Shown in pieces: positions 8,101 through 18,098 of a stretch of DNA of 55,236 nt. Each line of letters opens with the position of its first letter. The first letter of the stretch is position 1. Source of the DNA: an uncultured Sulfurospirillum sp. (lineage in GTDB: Bacteria; Campylobacterota; Campylobacteria; Campylobacterales; QNZT01); assembly GCA_964651755.1 (NCBI GenBank), contig CAZYZD010000003.1, positions 1 to 55,236 of the forward strand, given 5' to 3'. The notes under the pieces were generated by a model, which saw only the letters and a list, made by a program, of their open reading frames with translations, was not told the DNA's origin and searched no databases. The position numbers and the translations under genes are program-made.

Positions 8101-8863
8101 TTCGCAGGATCCTGATATAATCATCATCAAAAAGAAGAAGAAAAAAGCTGCTGCAGACAATAGTTTCATCAAAAATACTTTTCTGGATTTGCATATCAGA
8201 AGCAAAGATGAGATCGAATATAAAGTGGAAGCGGGAACGATTGTCGTCAAGCCCGATATTGAGATACGCAAAGATTTCGGTGAAAAACTGAAACTTTTGG
8301 GGAAAGTCAATATTTTAGAGGGTGAGTACGATTTTGGAGATAAACGTTTTCAGATCAAAGAGGGGGCAATCGCTTTCAGAGGACTTGAAGAGATCAATCC
8401 GCATCTGGATATTCATGTAGAGTATCCCATCGATGAAGTAGTGATCTATATCGATATTCTGGGAGACAAGCGCAAGCCGAAACTACAGTTTAAATCCAAA
8501 CCTATGATGAGTAAAAAAGATATCTTTTCTTATCTTCTTTTTGGTTTTGCGGTCAGTGAGAGTGACGGTGCGCAAAGTTCGGCTGCCAACGCGGCAGAAA
8601 AGATTTTCGGACGTGCTCTTGCAAAAGATCTGGCGCGCGAATTGAAACTGGATCGTCTTGATCTAACGCGTAATCAACTCGGCGGTATCGATATCAAAGC
8701 AGGTAAAAAAGTGAACAAAAAGACAATTATCTACTACCAGAACAAATCACTGGAGAGTAGTGTGATTGTAGAACGTAAACTTGGGAAACATTTTGAACTG
8801 GATGTAGAAGCGGGACAAGAGTCACAGGCAGTCGATCTTTTCTATAAAAAAGGGTTTAAGTAG
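5108..8863 (+). CDS. tamB: Translocation/assembly module TamB-like protein
   Basis: N-terminal anchor, long beta-rich body, DUF490-type C-terminus (INPHLDI...SKPMMSKKDIFSYLLFG); overlaps tamA by 4 nt. Confidence 0.85.
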   Translation: MRVLKFFALILFALFFVLAILTGLLLSNEKVFDKTLRVVIEQIGIPLKYESLRGDILGGIAFKGLNYEDKLKADIAVKVDYPALADGVLHIQRLHAKNIWIEDSFLASLVDSNTTDENKEETKSADALKKVLVDDLEISLLDTKYHEYKINRLALHVTDFAYDMDRSIDGQVDLSVDSNVAILKSNIVLKKSHYRGNIFLDPDRLYLESFLKEQNITIQKAPHITAELDGDLSRSAFDLSLEGMRLHYATLAIAPESLHIQGDYTFETSFLNADATLKGKSDAADYDLWADAAMDLNDLNSTLKYRLKGDLLGAKPELAAFLHDENLTFVTPSALHIKAQGSLKEVDTEVDLKKGEIAYGEYIVKPHDLHVKALYDIQNAKIDASGRGDIFSNAADLNFTFESKAGLENLSENLLLNLKSDLLPKKPFLSKMLTDQNISLTKVPALHIKAVTKGEEIDADIVLEPLGVTAHELEIETRKLQSHLLFNRVTKALKSTLQGDILSNAGNLLLDANASLNAADINKTLRYHLKSSLKAKEDYLKKHLDTKRVDFSKLSPLLVTLSGDAKALDADLSLSGTARVDRYRFKSRIQNTKVHYDFHEHQAESDIDLLVASTYGDLKVKGAVSLDTDDLNNTLRYDTVLNLRQKEPLGDINLTQLGNIGLVMKGSLKKVDAKLHSKKLKMLVQSDDFDRFNLSLMTQKLYLDKLYLALPPEFKKSYAILNAKGYYMLKERKADLSLQVKKVRFAGRNISTNRFRFQMDGDDFELTPLELRAKGFLLSLDAKSKNGKIKAHLKNKALNADIVFAQKPLFADAKVSIPSVKKLLQEIDKLYPIAPLPKIDGALYAKAKMAGKERVKIEINAPKLLFPEGRIEALTLLAYYQPQRIDIPTFDFQLKGFKPKKMNRAVHLAHPAYIVLEEGKREIDFVLKDFLSLKAKENGGVLSGNFKTKKLYLGMEGYGETRLTTDIAFFKSGPQLAISGDVLLADTVVTYESRVLDVSQDPDIIIIKKKKKKAAADNSFIKNTFLDLHIRSKDEIEYKVEAGTIVVKPDIEIRKDFGEKLKLLGKVNILEGEYDFGDKRFQIKEGAIAFRGLEEINPHLDIHVEYPIDEVVIYIDILGDKRKPKLQFKSKPMMSKKDIFSYLLFGFAVSESDGAQSSAANAAEKIFGRALAKDLARELKLDRLDLTRNQLGGIDIKAGKKVNKKTIIYYQNKSLESSVIVERKLGKHFELDVEAGQESQAVDLFYKKGFK

Positions 8864-9419
8864 CGTTTATCTCTTTAAAGTGTGCAAGATTTTGTCCGAT
8901 AAGCTTTTCAACAAAAGTGCCGGAGGGAATAGTCGCATCCAGATGATCGGAGACAATTTTATATAAAGATATTTTTTCAGAGGAAAGAAACTTTCCTGCG
9001 GCACTGAAAAAACCGCTGCTTTCCATATCTACAAGATGGTATTTCTCAATTTTTTTTCTCTGGGGTTGAGAATATGAAGCAATAGTCGTATAAGTTAAAG
9101 AAGTGTGCTTTACCGGAAGATGATAAACTTTGTCGGTTTGTGTATCGATAATTTTGCGAATAGCGTAGCAATTTCCCGGCTGGTCTTTCTCTTTGGTTGA
9201 ACCGCAGATGCCGATATTGACAATCTGGTCTGTTTGCGGATTTTTTGAAAGTATATACGTTGTTGCTATTGCACTGGCAACAGGAGTCATTCCACTGATA
9301 ATCAGCAGCATATCCTGACCGGCATAGAGGGGGAAAAGTGCATCCTCTTTTTTTCGGAGTCGATATTTTTCTATGATTGGTTTTGCCTCGGCATAGAGGG
9401 CAGTTACGATAATTGTCAT
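8856..9419 (-). CDS. Nucleoside phosphorylase-like protein (PNP/UDP/MTAN fold)
   Basis: TALYAEA, NIGICGS, VDMESSGF and KIVSD motifs. Confidence 0.75.
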   Translation of the reverse strand: MTIIVTALYAEAKPIIEKYRLRKKEDALFPLYAGQDMLLIISGMTPVASAIATTYILSKNPQTDQIVNIGICGSTKEKDQPGNCYAIRKIIDTQTDKVYHLPVKHTSLTYTTIASYSQPQRKKIEKYHLVDMESSGFFSAAGKFLSSEKISLYKIVSDHLDATIPSGTFVEKLIGQNLAHFKEINAT

Positions 9420-9464
9420 AAAAAGATTGTAGTAAAAAAAGGTTTAGAGGGAGAAAAAATGGAG

Positions 9465-9490
9465 TTCTCTTCCCCTTGACGGGAAGAGAA
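9465..9490 (-). terminator. Probable intrinsic terminator downstream of tpx
   Basis: 10-bp stem TTCTCTTCCC/GGGAAGAGAA with a 6-nt loop, 7 nt past the tpx stop; a T-run follows shortly on the minus strand. Confidence 0.6.
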
Positions 9491-9497
9491 AAGTAAT

Positions 9498-10016
9498 TTA
9501 TGCTGCTGTTTTTTTAGCCGCTTCGATAGCTTCTGCGTATTCTGGTTCTTCTGTAATTTCCGGTACGATTTGTTTATATGTAACAGTACCGTCTTTGTCG
9601 ATTACAAAGATTGCTCTGCATGTTACACCTGCAAGTGGTCCCTCCTGGATAAGAACACCATATGTGTTTGCAAAATCTTTGTTTCTGAAGTCTGATGCTA
9701 CTGTAAGGTTTTCAATCCCCTCTGCTGAACAGAATCTTCCTGCTGCAAATGGTAAGTCCATAGAGATAACTGTAGTGTCAACACCTTCGATTTTTGCTGC
9801 TTCTTCGTTGAATTTTCTTGTCTCAGCCGCACATACAGGTGTATCGAGTGATGGAACAACTACTAACAATTGTACTTTATCCTGTGCACCACCTACAGTC
9901 TTGTCTGCAAGACCTTCCGAGTTTGTTACTACAACTTCCGGTGCTTTATCTCCAACGTTTACTTCTCCGGTACCGCCAATTTTTACGTCATTACCTTTTA
10001 ACTTTACAGTTGCCAT
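9498..10016 (-). CDS. tpx: Thiol peroxidase (atypical 2-Cys peroxiredoxin)
   Basis: VPSLDTPVC, SMDLPFAAGRFC and VPEITEEPEY motifs. Confidence 0.95.
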   Translation of the reverse strand: MATVKLKGNDVKIGGTGEVNVGDKAPEVVVTNSEGLADKTVGGAQDKVQLLVVVPSLDTPVCAAETRKFNEEAAKIEGVDTTVISMDLPFAAGRFCSAEGIENLTVASDFRNKDFANTYGVLIQEGPLAGVTCRAIFVIDKDGTVTYKQIVPEITEEPEYAEAIEAAKKTAA

Positions 10017-10198
10017 GTTTATCCTTTTAATTATAATTTTTTTTAATTGAACCAGAATTATAACCTATTAAGATAAAAATAGTCTTAATTGATCTGGATC
10101 AATTCTAAAATTATAGCAGAATCTAAACGTTTTATAGAAAAAAAGACAATATTTTTGCTATTATTCATAAAAAATAGTGTTATTCAGGATTTTGTATT

Positions 10199-10561
10199 AT
10201 GCGTAATCAGCCAAGATATTCTATTTTCAAAAATGCAAAGTACGCTATTGACGGTGTTGTGGCGGCATTTAAAATGGAAACCTCTTTTAAACTTGAACTC
10301 TTTTTCGGTATTTTTCTTATTGTTGCCATTGTATGGCTCCCCTTTACTTTCTATGGCAAAATGGTCTTGATGGTGACACTTGTACTGATACCTATAGTAG
10401 AACTTTTGAACTCTGCGATTGAAAATGTTGTCGATCTTGCTACCAAAGAGATTCATCCTCTGGCAAAAAATGCCAAAGATATGGGAGCGGCAGCTGTACT
10501 TTTTTCACTCCTGTTGCATCTTGGATGTTGGATAACTATTATTTATGAAGAGTTGTTGTAG
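10199..10561 (+). CDS. dgkA: Diacylglycerol kinase
   Basis: ELLNSAIENVVDL and AKDMGAAAV motifs; three TM helices. Confidence 0.93.
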   Translation: MRNQPRYSIFKNAKYAIDGVVAAFKMETSFKLELFFGIFLIVAIVWLPFTFYGKMVLMVTLVLIPIVELLNSAIENVVDLATKEIHPLAKNAKDMGAAAVLFSLLLHLGCWITIIYEELL

Positions 10562-11365
10562 ATGAAAGTACCTTATATAAGTATTGCTGTTTTATGTTTG
10601 ATTGTAGTTGTCTCATTTTTCGGAGGGGATTTTTATACACACTCTCCCTACCTTTTGAACAAGGAGGCTATTCTTGTGCCGCCTTCTGCGGAACACCCTT
10701 TCGGTACGGATCGTCTGGGAAGAGATTTGCTTGCAAGAGTGATTGAAGGAGGGAAAGTCTCTTTGAGTATCGGTGTCGGCTCCGCTATACTCTCAAGTCT
10801 TCTGGGATTGATTATCGGTGTCAGCAGCGGTTTTTTCAAAGGCAAAACAGATAAACTCATTGTCATCATGATCGATCTTTTTCTGACATTTCCTACATTT
10901 TTCCTTTTGCTGGCGTTGATCAGTTATATGAGTGCTTCTGTATGGGTGTTGATTTTTATTATCTCTGTAACAGGCTGGATGGGTATGGCGAGGTTGATTC
11001 GGAGTGAGAGTTTTGCTATTTCAAGCAAGCCCTATATTAAAGTACTGAAAGCTTCCGGCGTCAGCCGTCTGAAAATTATTCTCAAATATTTCACCCCATT
11101 GCTGGCACCGATCTTTTTTATCTCTTTTACCTTTGGAGTAGGGGGTGCGATACTGGCAGAGAGTGGATTGAGTTTTCTGGGAATCGGGATTATGCCGCCG
11201 CAGATTAGCTGGGGAAGTGTTTTGAGCGAAGGGAAAGGGGTTGTTGATATTGCGTGGTGGCTCAGTTTCTTCCCCGGATTGATGATTTTTCTGGTGATTT
11301 ACGCACTGGTGAATATTTCCGACTATCTGCAAAGTAAAACCAATCAGAAAGAGAGTGTTGTTTAA
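10562..11365 (+). CDS. Peptide/nickel ABC transporter permease (DppC/OppC-like)
   Basis: HPFGTDRLGRD and ESGLSFLGIG..P..SWG motifs. Confidence 0.9.
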   Translation: MKVPYISIAVLCLIVVVSFFGGDFYTHSPYLLNKEAILVPPSAEHPFGTDRLGRDLLARVIEGGKVSLSIGVGSAILSSLLGLIIGVSSGFFKGKTDKLIVIMIDLFLTFPTFFLLLALISYMSASVWVLIFIISVTGWMGMARLIRSESFAISSKPYIKVLKASGVSRLKIILKYFTPLLAPIFFISFTFGVGGAILAESGLSFLGIGIMPPQISWGSVLSEGKGVVDIAWWLSFFPGLMIFLVIYALVNISDYLQSKTNQKESVV

Positions 11366-12131
11366 AGGGGTGGAGAAAAGCCAACTTTTTGCACTTCTTG
11401 AAGAGGAGGTCTCTAAAAGAGATAGTGCAACGGAATTGACACCGGATAAACCTGATCCGCTCCTGGTTGCGAAAAAATTTGAAGATACATATATCGCTTT
11501 GATATGTGCACTTTTTGGTTATGGTAATGCCGCACAAATTGTCAAATTTCTCAACTCTCTTGATTTTTCTCTGCTGGATGAAGAGGAAAATAAGATTCGT
11601 CAAGCACTGCGGTATCATTACTATCGTTTTCAAAAAAGCGAAGATGTAACAGCACTCTTTATTGCGCTGCGCCGGCTGAAGCAGGACTCTGCAATGGAAG
11701 AGATTTTTTTGGAAGGGTATAAAAAAGAGGGATCCGTACTGGAAGGCATCAGTGCTGTGATCTTGAAAATGAAAAGCCTTTATCCTTATGAAAGCAGAGG
11801 ATACCACTTTTTACTGGGTGCGCCTTACCATAAAGGGGTAAAATCACCCTATAAACGATGGAATATGTTTCTGCGCTGGATGGTACGTAGAGATTCTCTC
11901 GATATGGGACTCTGGAAGCATGTTTTGCGTGCTGATCTTTTGATACCTCTGGATACGCATACCTTTCATGTTTCTCGTAAACTTGGGCTTTTGAAACGAA
12001 AAACATATGATCTCAAAGCTGTTCTTGAGTTGACAGAAAGACTCAAAGAGTTCGATAGAAACGATCCTGTCAAGTATGATTTTGCACTCTACCGGCTGGG
12101 ACAGGAAAGGGTTTTAGCTCATCTTAAATGA
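11355..12131 (+). CDS. TIGR02757 family protein (HhH-GPD-like)
   Basis: KRWNMFLRWMVR, IPLDTH and DPVKYDFAL motifs. Confidence 0.88.
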   Translation: MLFKGVEKSQLFALLEEEVSKRDSATELTPDKPDPLLVAKKFEDTYIALICALFGYGNAAQIVKFLNSLDFSLLDEEENKIRQALRYHYYRFQKSEDVTALFIALRRLKQDSAMEEIFLEGYKKEGSVLEGISAVILKMKSLYPYESRGYHFLLGAPYHKGVKSPYKRWNMFLRWMVRRDSLDMGLWKHVLRADLLIPLDTHTFHVSRKLGLLKRKTYDLKAVLELTERLKEFDRNDPVKYDFALYRLGQERVLAHLK

Positions 12132-12179
12132 AATTTGTGTAAAATCTCGCAAATTATCTTCTGTATAAAAGGACTTTTC

Positions 12180-12860
12180 GTGAATGAAGTTTTTACTTTT
12201 CTAGGTTTACTCTCCCATAATCATACTTTTATCATCGTTGCACATACGCTTTTGGTAGCTGGACTTGTGCTTTGGTTTGCTAAATCGGCAAGTACCGGTT
12301 TACAGGTTGTTCCCAAAGGTGCGCAAAACGTTGCTGAGGCATATCTCGGCGGTGTTGTTGCAATGGGTAAAGATGTTATCGGTGAAAAAAATGCAAGAAA
12401 ATATCTTCCGCTTGTAGCGACAATCGGTTTGGTTGTACTGGTAGGAAACCTGATCGGTATTATTCCCGGTTTTGAATCTCCGACAAGCAATATCAACTTT
12501 ACACTTGCTCTGGCATTGATTGTTTTTATCTACTATAACTATGAAGGTATCCGCAAAAATGGTGTAATTGATTACTTCAAACACTTTATGGGACCTGAGC
12601 CGCTTCTTGCGCCGTTGATGTTCCCGATTGAAATTGTTTCGCATCTATCACGTATTATCTCCCTCTCTTTCCGTCTTTTCGGTAATATCAAAGGTGATGA
12701 TCTTTTCCTCGCGGTTATCCTGATGCTTGCACCGTTTGTGGCACCGCTTGCGCCGTTTGCACTTCTGACATTTTCCGCATTGCTTCAGGCGTTTATCTTC
12801 ATGATCCTGACATATGTATATCTTGCAGGTGCAGTAAGCTTGCACGAAGAATCTCTGTAG
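12180..12860 (+). CDS. atpB: F0F1 ATP synthase subunit a
   Basis: [10 protein letters not shown] and [13 protein letters not shown] motifs. GTG 12180 after AAGGA is preferred over the upstream TTG. Confidence 0.96.
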   Translation: MNEVFTFLGLLSHNHTFIIVAHTLLVAGLVLWFAKSASTGLQVVPKGAQNVAEAYLGGVVAMGKDVIGEKNARKYLPLVATIGLVVLVGNLIGIIPGFESPTSNINFTLALALIVFIYYNYEGIRKNGVIDYFKHFMGPEPLLAPLMFPIEIVSHLSRIISLSFRLFGNIKGDDLFLAVILMLAPFVAPLAPFALLTFSALLQAFIFMILTYVYLAGAVSLHEESL

Positions 12861-12872
12861 ATTTTTCTTCAG

Positions 12873-13175
12873 ATGCACAAAAATTACGAAAAGATACTCA
12901 GTTTTATGCAGGGCGCCTCATGGGGCGCCGTGATAATAGGTGCGTATCTTCTCTTTACACTTTTTTATCCGTTTGGTTTGATAATTGCACTGATTGGAGG
13001 ATTTTTCGGTGCGAGCATCGGTCTTTTCATGGTAATCTTTTTCGAGATGGCAAATTTGAAACTCGAAATTTACAAAGAGAAAAAAGAGCATACCAAACTT
13101 TTAAAACGCATGGTCTATCTTCTGGAAAGGTTAAATGCGAACCAGGCATCGGATGAAAAGTTATCTGATCACTGA
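12873..13175 (+). CDS. Hypothetical two-TM membrane protein
   Basis: Two hydrophobic helices plus a charged tail; sits between atpB and the thiE-like gene. Confidence 0.7.
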   Translation: MHKNYEKILSFMQGASWGAVIIGAYLLFTLFYPFGLIIALIGGFFGASIGLFMVIFFEMANLKLEIYKEKKEHTKLLKRMVYLLERLNANQASDEKLSDH

Positions 13176-13704
13176 TCCTGCCTATTATCATACACTTCCC
13201 GATTTTCAAATTTATCTTCAAAACATCTACCGTAAACATCAGCCGGATATCGCCTGTTTCAGAGATAAAGTCAATAACGATATTGTTTCGTATGCAAAAC
13301 ATTTTTTAACTATTTCAAAAGAACAGAATATACCGCTTATTTTGATTAACCATTCTGTTTCACTTGCATTGTCACTTGGTTTTGACGGTGTTCATCTTAC
13401 GTCTTCCCAATTTGGAGAGATAGCCTATGCCAAAGAGCAGGGACTTTATGTTTTTATCAGTACCCACTCTCTTTTTGAAGCGACAGAAGCGCAAAGGCTT
13501 GGTGCAGATGCAGTTACATACAGTCCAGTTTTTAAAAGCCCGGGGAAGGGAGAACCAAAAGGGATAGCATCCTTAAATGATGTTGTTGGGGCATTAGATA
13601 AAGTTGCGGTTTTTGCACTGGGAGGTATTATTTCTGAGAAAGAAATCAAGGCTCTGGAGCATACAAATGTTGATGGATTCGCCTCAATACGATATTTTAT
13701 TTAA
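13153..13704 (+). CDS. Thiamine phosphate synthase / TenI family protein
   Basis: YLITD, DGVHL, STHS, SPVFKSPGK and FALGGI motifs; start taken at MKSYLITD. Confidence 0.85.
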   Translation: MKSYLITDPAYYHTLPDFQIYLQNIYRKHQPDIACFRDKVNNDIVSYAKHFLTISKEQNIPLILINHSVSLALSLGFDGVHLTSSQFGEIAYAKEQGLYVFISTHSLFEATEAQRLGADAVTYSPVFKSPGKGEPKGIASLNDVVGALDKVAVFALGGIISEKEIKALEHTNVDGFASIRYFI

Positions 13705-13772
13705 TTGGTATTAATTAAATAAATTAAACTTTTGTTATAATATATTAAATAATTTAACTATATGAGTTTACT

Positions 13773-15035
13773 ATGAAAAAAAGAGCAAGAACACTTTCCG
13801 GTACAGTCCTGATTGGTATTGCCATCATGATTGTGCTTTTCATCGTTTTTACTGGTATAATTTGGCTGTTACAAACATTAGATGCTTTTGCCGTTCAAAA
13901 TGACGGATTTAAATATGATACATTTTACGATTATGTTAAATATATACCTGCCCCGCAAATGTTTATTATTGTTTTCTTTGGTCTGGGATTGATTGGCGTT
14001 TCTGCAAAATTGATATCGATGCAGTTAAAGAAAAATTTTAAACGTTTTCAAAATGAATTTTTTTATGCTCTGGAAAATAAAGAATTGATGAAACCGGAAC
14101 ATTTCCGATTTGAAGAGTTTACCTATCTGTGTAATTTAATCAATCCGCTTATTGAAAAAATTATTTTTAATGAGACCCAGCTTCAGACTATTATCGATGC
14201 CCAGAAAAGTTTGATAATTACCCGCACACATGACAGAATCATCAATGTAAACCGTGCATTTCTGGAATTTTTCAACATAGATTCACTTGAACAGTTTACA
14301 CAGTCACATGAATGTATATCGGAATTTTTCTCGCAGGAGGATGAAGAGTATACCTATCCGAAAATGGATGGTACGCACTGGGTAAATTATATTTTGCGAA
14401 ATCCGCTCAAAGAACACAAAGTAATGATATATAAAAATAATGAACCGCACATTTTCAGCGTTGATGCAAAAATGAGCAGTAAATATGAGATGTATCGTGT
14501 GGTGATTACATTGACAGATATCAGCAGTATCGAATTTGAAAGAAGAAATCTTATTATAGATGCTACAACCGATCCGTTGACAAAAGCAGCCAACCGCCTC
14601 AAGTTTGATACAATTCTCAAACAGCAGATAGAACTCTCAAAACGATATAATAACAGTTTTTGCATGATTTTACTTGATGTAGACAATTTTAAAAAAATCA
14701 ACGACACCTACGGACATCCGATTGGAGATCAGGTACTTTTTACACTTGCGGAGACATTACGGAACAATGTCCGTAAAAGTGATACTGTAGCGCGCTGGGG
14801 AGGAGAAGAGTTTGCAATTATCTTACCGCATACCAAACTTGTAACGGGAGAAAGAATCGCCGAAAAACTGAGGAACAAGGTGGCATCAATACGCAAAAAA
14901 GGGTTGCCGGCATTTACATGCAGTTTTGGTGTTTCCGAGTACAATAAAGAGCAGACAATAGAAACATTTTTACATGATGTCGATACCAAACTCTATCAGG
15001 CAAAAAACAGCGGTAAAAATTGTGTCATCAGTTAA
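13773..15035 (+). CDS. Membrane diguanylate cyclase with PAS-like domain
   Basis: Two TM helices, DPLT..ANR, DVDNFKKINDTYGH, RKSD I-site and an intact GGEEF. Confidence 0.92.
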   Translation: MKKRARTLSGTVLIGIAIMIVLFIVFTGIIWLLQTLDAFAVQNDGFKYDTFYDYVKYIPAPQMFIIVFFGLGLIGVSAKLISMQLKKNFKRFQNEFFYALENKELMKPEHFRFEEFTYLCNLINPLIEKIIFNETQLQTIIDAQKSLIITRTHDRIINVNRAFLEFFNIDSLEQFTQSHECISEFFSQEDEEYTYPKMDGTHWVNYILRNPLKEHKVMIYKNNEPHIFSVDAKMSSKYEMYRVVITLTDISSIEFERRNLIIDATTDPLTKAANRLKFDTILKQQIELSKRYNNSFCMILLDVDNFKKINDTYGHPIGDQVLFTLAETLRNNVRKSDTVARWGGEEFAIILPHTKLVTGERIAEKLRNKVASIRKKGLPAFTCSFGVSEYNKEQTIETFLHDVDTKLYQAKNSGKNCVIS

Positions 15036-15111
15036 CAGCTTTTTATACGATCACATTTAAAGCCAAATCATAGTAAAATAGATATAATTTTACACTAAAG
15101 GTTACGCAACA

Positions 15112-16542
15112 ATGTTTGAAATGGTGATTGGCTTAGAAGTACATATTCAACTTAATACAAAAACAAAAATTTTCTGTTCATGTGCTACCTCTTTCGGAGA
15201 AGCACCCAATACCAATGTCTGTCCTGTCTGTCTGGCGCTGCCGGGCGCTTTGCCTGTTTTAAATATCGAAGCAGTTAAGAAAGCGATCAGTTTCGGGCAT
15301 GCAGTCAATGCAACAGTACATAAAAAGTCGATTTTCAATCGTAAAAACTACTTCTATCCTGATCTTCCAAAAGGATACCAGATAAGTCAGTTCGAAATTC
15401 CCATCGTTGAAAACGGTGAACTCTATATAGATTTTGAAGATGGTAGTTCCAAACGTATTGGAATCACAAGAGCACACCTGGAAGAGGATGCCGGGAAAAA
15501 TATCCATCATGGGGAGGAGAGTCATGTCGATCTGAACCGTGCGGGAACGCCGCTGCTGGAAATTGTCAGCGAACCTGATATCCGCAGTGCGGAAGAGGCG
15601 ATACTCTACCTGAAAAAACTTCATGCAATTGTACGTTATCTGGATATCAGTGATGCAAATATGCAGGAAGGATCATTCCGATGCGATGTCAATATCTCAA
15701 TCCGCCCAAAAGGAGATGAAAAACTTTATACCAGAGTAGAAGTCAAAAACATGAACTCATTCCGTTTTATTCAAAAAGCAATCGAGTATGAGTTTGAGAG
15801 ACAGTGCGATGCCTGGGAAGATGGTGTTTATGATGATGAAGTTTATCAGGAAACGAGACTTTTCAATACAACAACCGGCGAAACCAGAAGTATGCGTGGT
15901 AAAGAAGATAGTGCAGAGTACCGCTACTTCCCGGATCCTGATCTATTGCCTGTAATTTTGACAGATGAGATGATAGAAGAAGGGAAAAAGATTCCGGAAC
16001 TTCCTGATGAAAAGAAAAACAGATTGATCAAAGAGCATGGTATCAAAGCGTATGATGCCGTGATTATTACCTCTTCAGTAGATATGGCACACTATTTTGA
16101 AGCGATGATTGCCGAAGGTGCAAGTGCCAAAAATGCTGTAACCTGGCTTACTGTAGAATTGCAGGGACGTTTGAAAGGTGGTATGACAATTACGGAATCT
16201 CCTGTCAGCGCTCAGAAACTGGCAACTATTGTGAAGCGTATTGAAGATAGTACTATCAGCGGTAAAGCTGCAAAAGAGGTTCTTGATCATCTGATGGAAC
16301 ACCACGACAAAGAGGTCGATAGCGTGATTGATGAACTTGGACTTAAGCAGGTAAGCGATGAAGGTGCTCTTGGCGCTATGATCGATGATATTCTTCAAAA
16401 TAATGAAGATAAAGTCAGCGAATATAAAAATGGTAAAGAGAAACTTTTCGGTTTCTTTGTAGGTCAGGTGATGAAAGCAAGTAAAGGAACTGCGAATCCG
16501 GGGCTTGTCAATAAACTGCTTAAAGAGAAACTCTCCAGTTAA
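15112..16542 (+). CDS. gatB: Asp-tRNA(Asn)/Glu-tRNA(Gln) amidotransferase subunit B
   Basis: [26 protein letters not shown] and YRYFPDPDL motifs. Confidence 0.98.
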   Translation: MFEMVIGLEVHIQLNTKTKIFCSCATSFGEAPNTNVCPVCLALPGALPVLNIEAVKKAISFGHAVNATVHKKSIFNRKNYFYPDLPKGYQISQFEIPIVENGELYIDFEDGSSKRIGITRAHLEEDAGKNIHHGEESHVDLNRAGTPLLEIVSEPDIRSAEEAILYLKKLHAIVRYLDISDANMQEGSFRCDVNISIRPKGDEKLYTRVEVKNMNSFRFIQKAIEYEFERQCDAWEDGVYDDEVYQETRLFNTTTGETRSMRGKEDSAEYRYFPDPDLLPVILTDEMIEEGKKIPELPDEKKNRLIKEHGIKAYDAVIITSSVDMAHYFEAMIAEGASAKNAVTWLTVELQGRLKGGMTITESPVSAQKLATIVKRIEDSTISGKAAKEVLDHLMEHHDKEVDSVIDELGLKQVSDEGALGAMIDDILQNNEDKVSEYKNGKEKLFGFFVGQVMKASKGTANPGLVNKLLKEKLSS

Positions 16543-18098
16543 TGTCGTTCAAAGAGCGTATACTCACGCTTTCGTATCTTATGGCAGCGTCCAAAAGATA
16601 CAGAGCGGTTAAGAAACGTGCTGAGGGAGTTTTAAATGATTCCAGTACAGTGGAGAAACGCTACTTTGACTATTTCATGATCTTTCTGGTCTTAACGACC
16701 ATTATGATCCTGATTCTTGAAATCAAAAATGAACTTCCCGTATGGGTATATTATTACGAAGCTATTGCAGTTTTTGTTTTTATTATTGAATGGCTGGGAC
16801 GGTTATGGGTTGCAAGTGATGCCCATCTTGATATCATTCAGACACAGGAGAATGCAGAATATCAGAAAGTGACACTTTCAACCTGGCAATTGATCAAGCC
16901 GGCATTGCTCAATAAGGTAAAATTTATCATCTCTCCGATGTCCATTGTGGATTTGCTTGCTATTTTGCCTTCCTACAGAGCATTACGTTTTTTGCGTTTT
17001 TTGCTTCTTTTCAGACTCTTTAAAGTTTTTCGTTATACCGAAAATATCAATAGTCTGCTGCGTGTTTTTCTGGAAAAGAAGTTTGAATTTCTGAGCTTGA
17101 TTATCCTTTTTGGATTTATGGTCTTTTTTGCTTCGACTGTTATCTATATTTTTGAAGGGACAGGCGAAAACCCTAACATTCATAATTTTTACGATGCAAT
17201 ATACTGGGCGGTTGTAACGATTACGACAGTAGGTTTCGGAGATATTTCACCTATTACGCCCCAGGGCAGATTTGTAACGATTTTTTTGATCATTGGCGGT
17301 ATTACTGCGATCTCATTCATGACCTCTATTATTACGACTGCAATGGCAGAAAAGCTGGAATTGATGAAAACCAATCAAGTCTTTTATGAGATTGGCAAAC
17401 TGAAATATTTTATTGTAATTTGCGGATATGGCAAAATGGGAAAAGTACTTGCCGATGAACTGCGTCTGGCAGGTGAGAAAGTGGTAGTGATCGATCCTCT
17501 TGCCGAAGAGATTTTACAGGCACAAAAGGATGGTTTTTATGCACTTCATGCTGATGCAAGCGATATCGATCTTTTAAAACAGTTAAGACTTGAAAACCGG
17601 GTGAAATATTTTGTTGCATTGACGAATGATGATGCAACCAATCTTTCGATCATACTTTCCGTAAAAACGATCAATAAGGATATCGTACTCTTCTCCAGGG
17701 CTGTTGAAAAAAATGCGCGTAGTAAACTTTTACTTGCCGGAGCCCAGGAAGTGGTTTTTCCTTATGAATCTGCAGCGATAGCAGCATATGAACATCTTGG
17801 TCAGCCGGTTGCCTTTTCTGCAATTGATGAAATTTTACATGAATATATTGAACCTGTTATTGATGAAATTGAGATTACAAAAGAGATGCCTGTTGTAGGT
17901 AAAGATCTGCGCCGTATCGGTATCAAAAAATACCGCTTGAAACTACTTGGTGTTGTACGTCAGAAAGAGAATAACAAATTCTATTTCCATCCAAAAAAAG
18001 AGGCATTTAAAGTAGAAATAGATGATATTTTGATTGTTATCGGTGCTTCGGAAGATATTGTTGCTTTCAAACTCCATCTTCATGAGGAGCGCTTATGA
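16542..18098 (+). CDS. Voltage-gated-type potassium channel with RCK (TrkA-N/C) domains
   Basis: Six-TM architecture, Arg-rich S4 (RALRFLRFLLLFRLFKVFR), TTVGFGD filter, GYGKMG Rossmann motif. Confidence 0.92.
   Translation: MSFKERILTLSYLMAASKRYRAVKKRAEGVLNDSSTVEKRYFDYFMIFLVLTTIMILILEIKNELPVWVYYYEAIAVFVFIIEWLGRLWVASDAHLDIIQTQENAEYQKVTLSTWQLIKPALLNKVKFIISPMSIVDLLAILPSYRALRFLRFLLLFRLFKVFRYTENINSLLRVFLEKKFEFLSLIILFGFMVFFASTVIYIFEGTGENPNIHNFYDAIYWAVVTITTVGFGDISPITPQGRFVTIFLIIGGITAISFMTSIITTAMAEKLELMKTNQVFYEIGKLKYFIVICGYGKMGKVLADELRLAGEKVVVIDPLAEEILQAQKDGFYALHADASDIDLLKQLRLENRVKYFVALTNDDATNLSIILSVKTINKDIVLFSRAVEKNARSKLLLAGAQEVVFPYESAAIAAYEHLGQPVAFSAIDEILHEYIEPVIDEIEITKEMPVVGKDLRRIGIKKYRLKLLGVVRQKENNKFYFHPKKEAFKVEIDDILIVIGASEDIVAFKLHLHEERL

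Noticed and set aside
7457-8194. Long antisense ORFs (also 4518-5132, 27673-28362, 38857-39489, 41132-41764, 52511-53134)
   Set aside because: All lie opposite well-supported genes and have no motifs or SD; typical shadow ORFs.
12180-12860. atpB separated from the other atp genes
   Set aside because: Normal arrangement in Campylobacterota.
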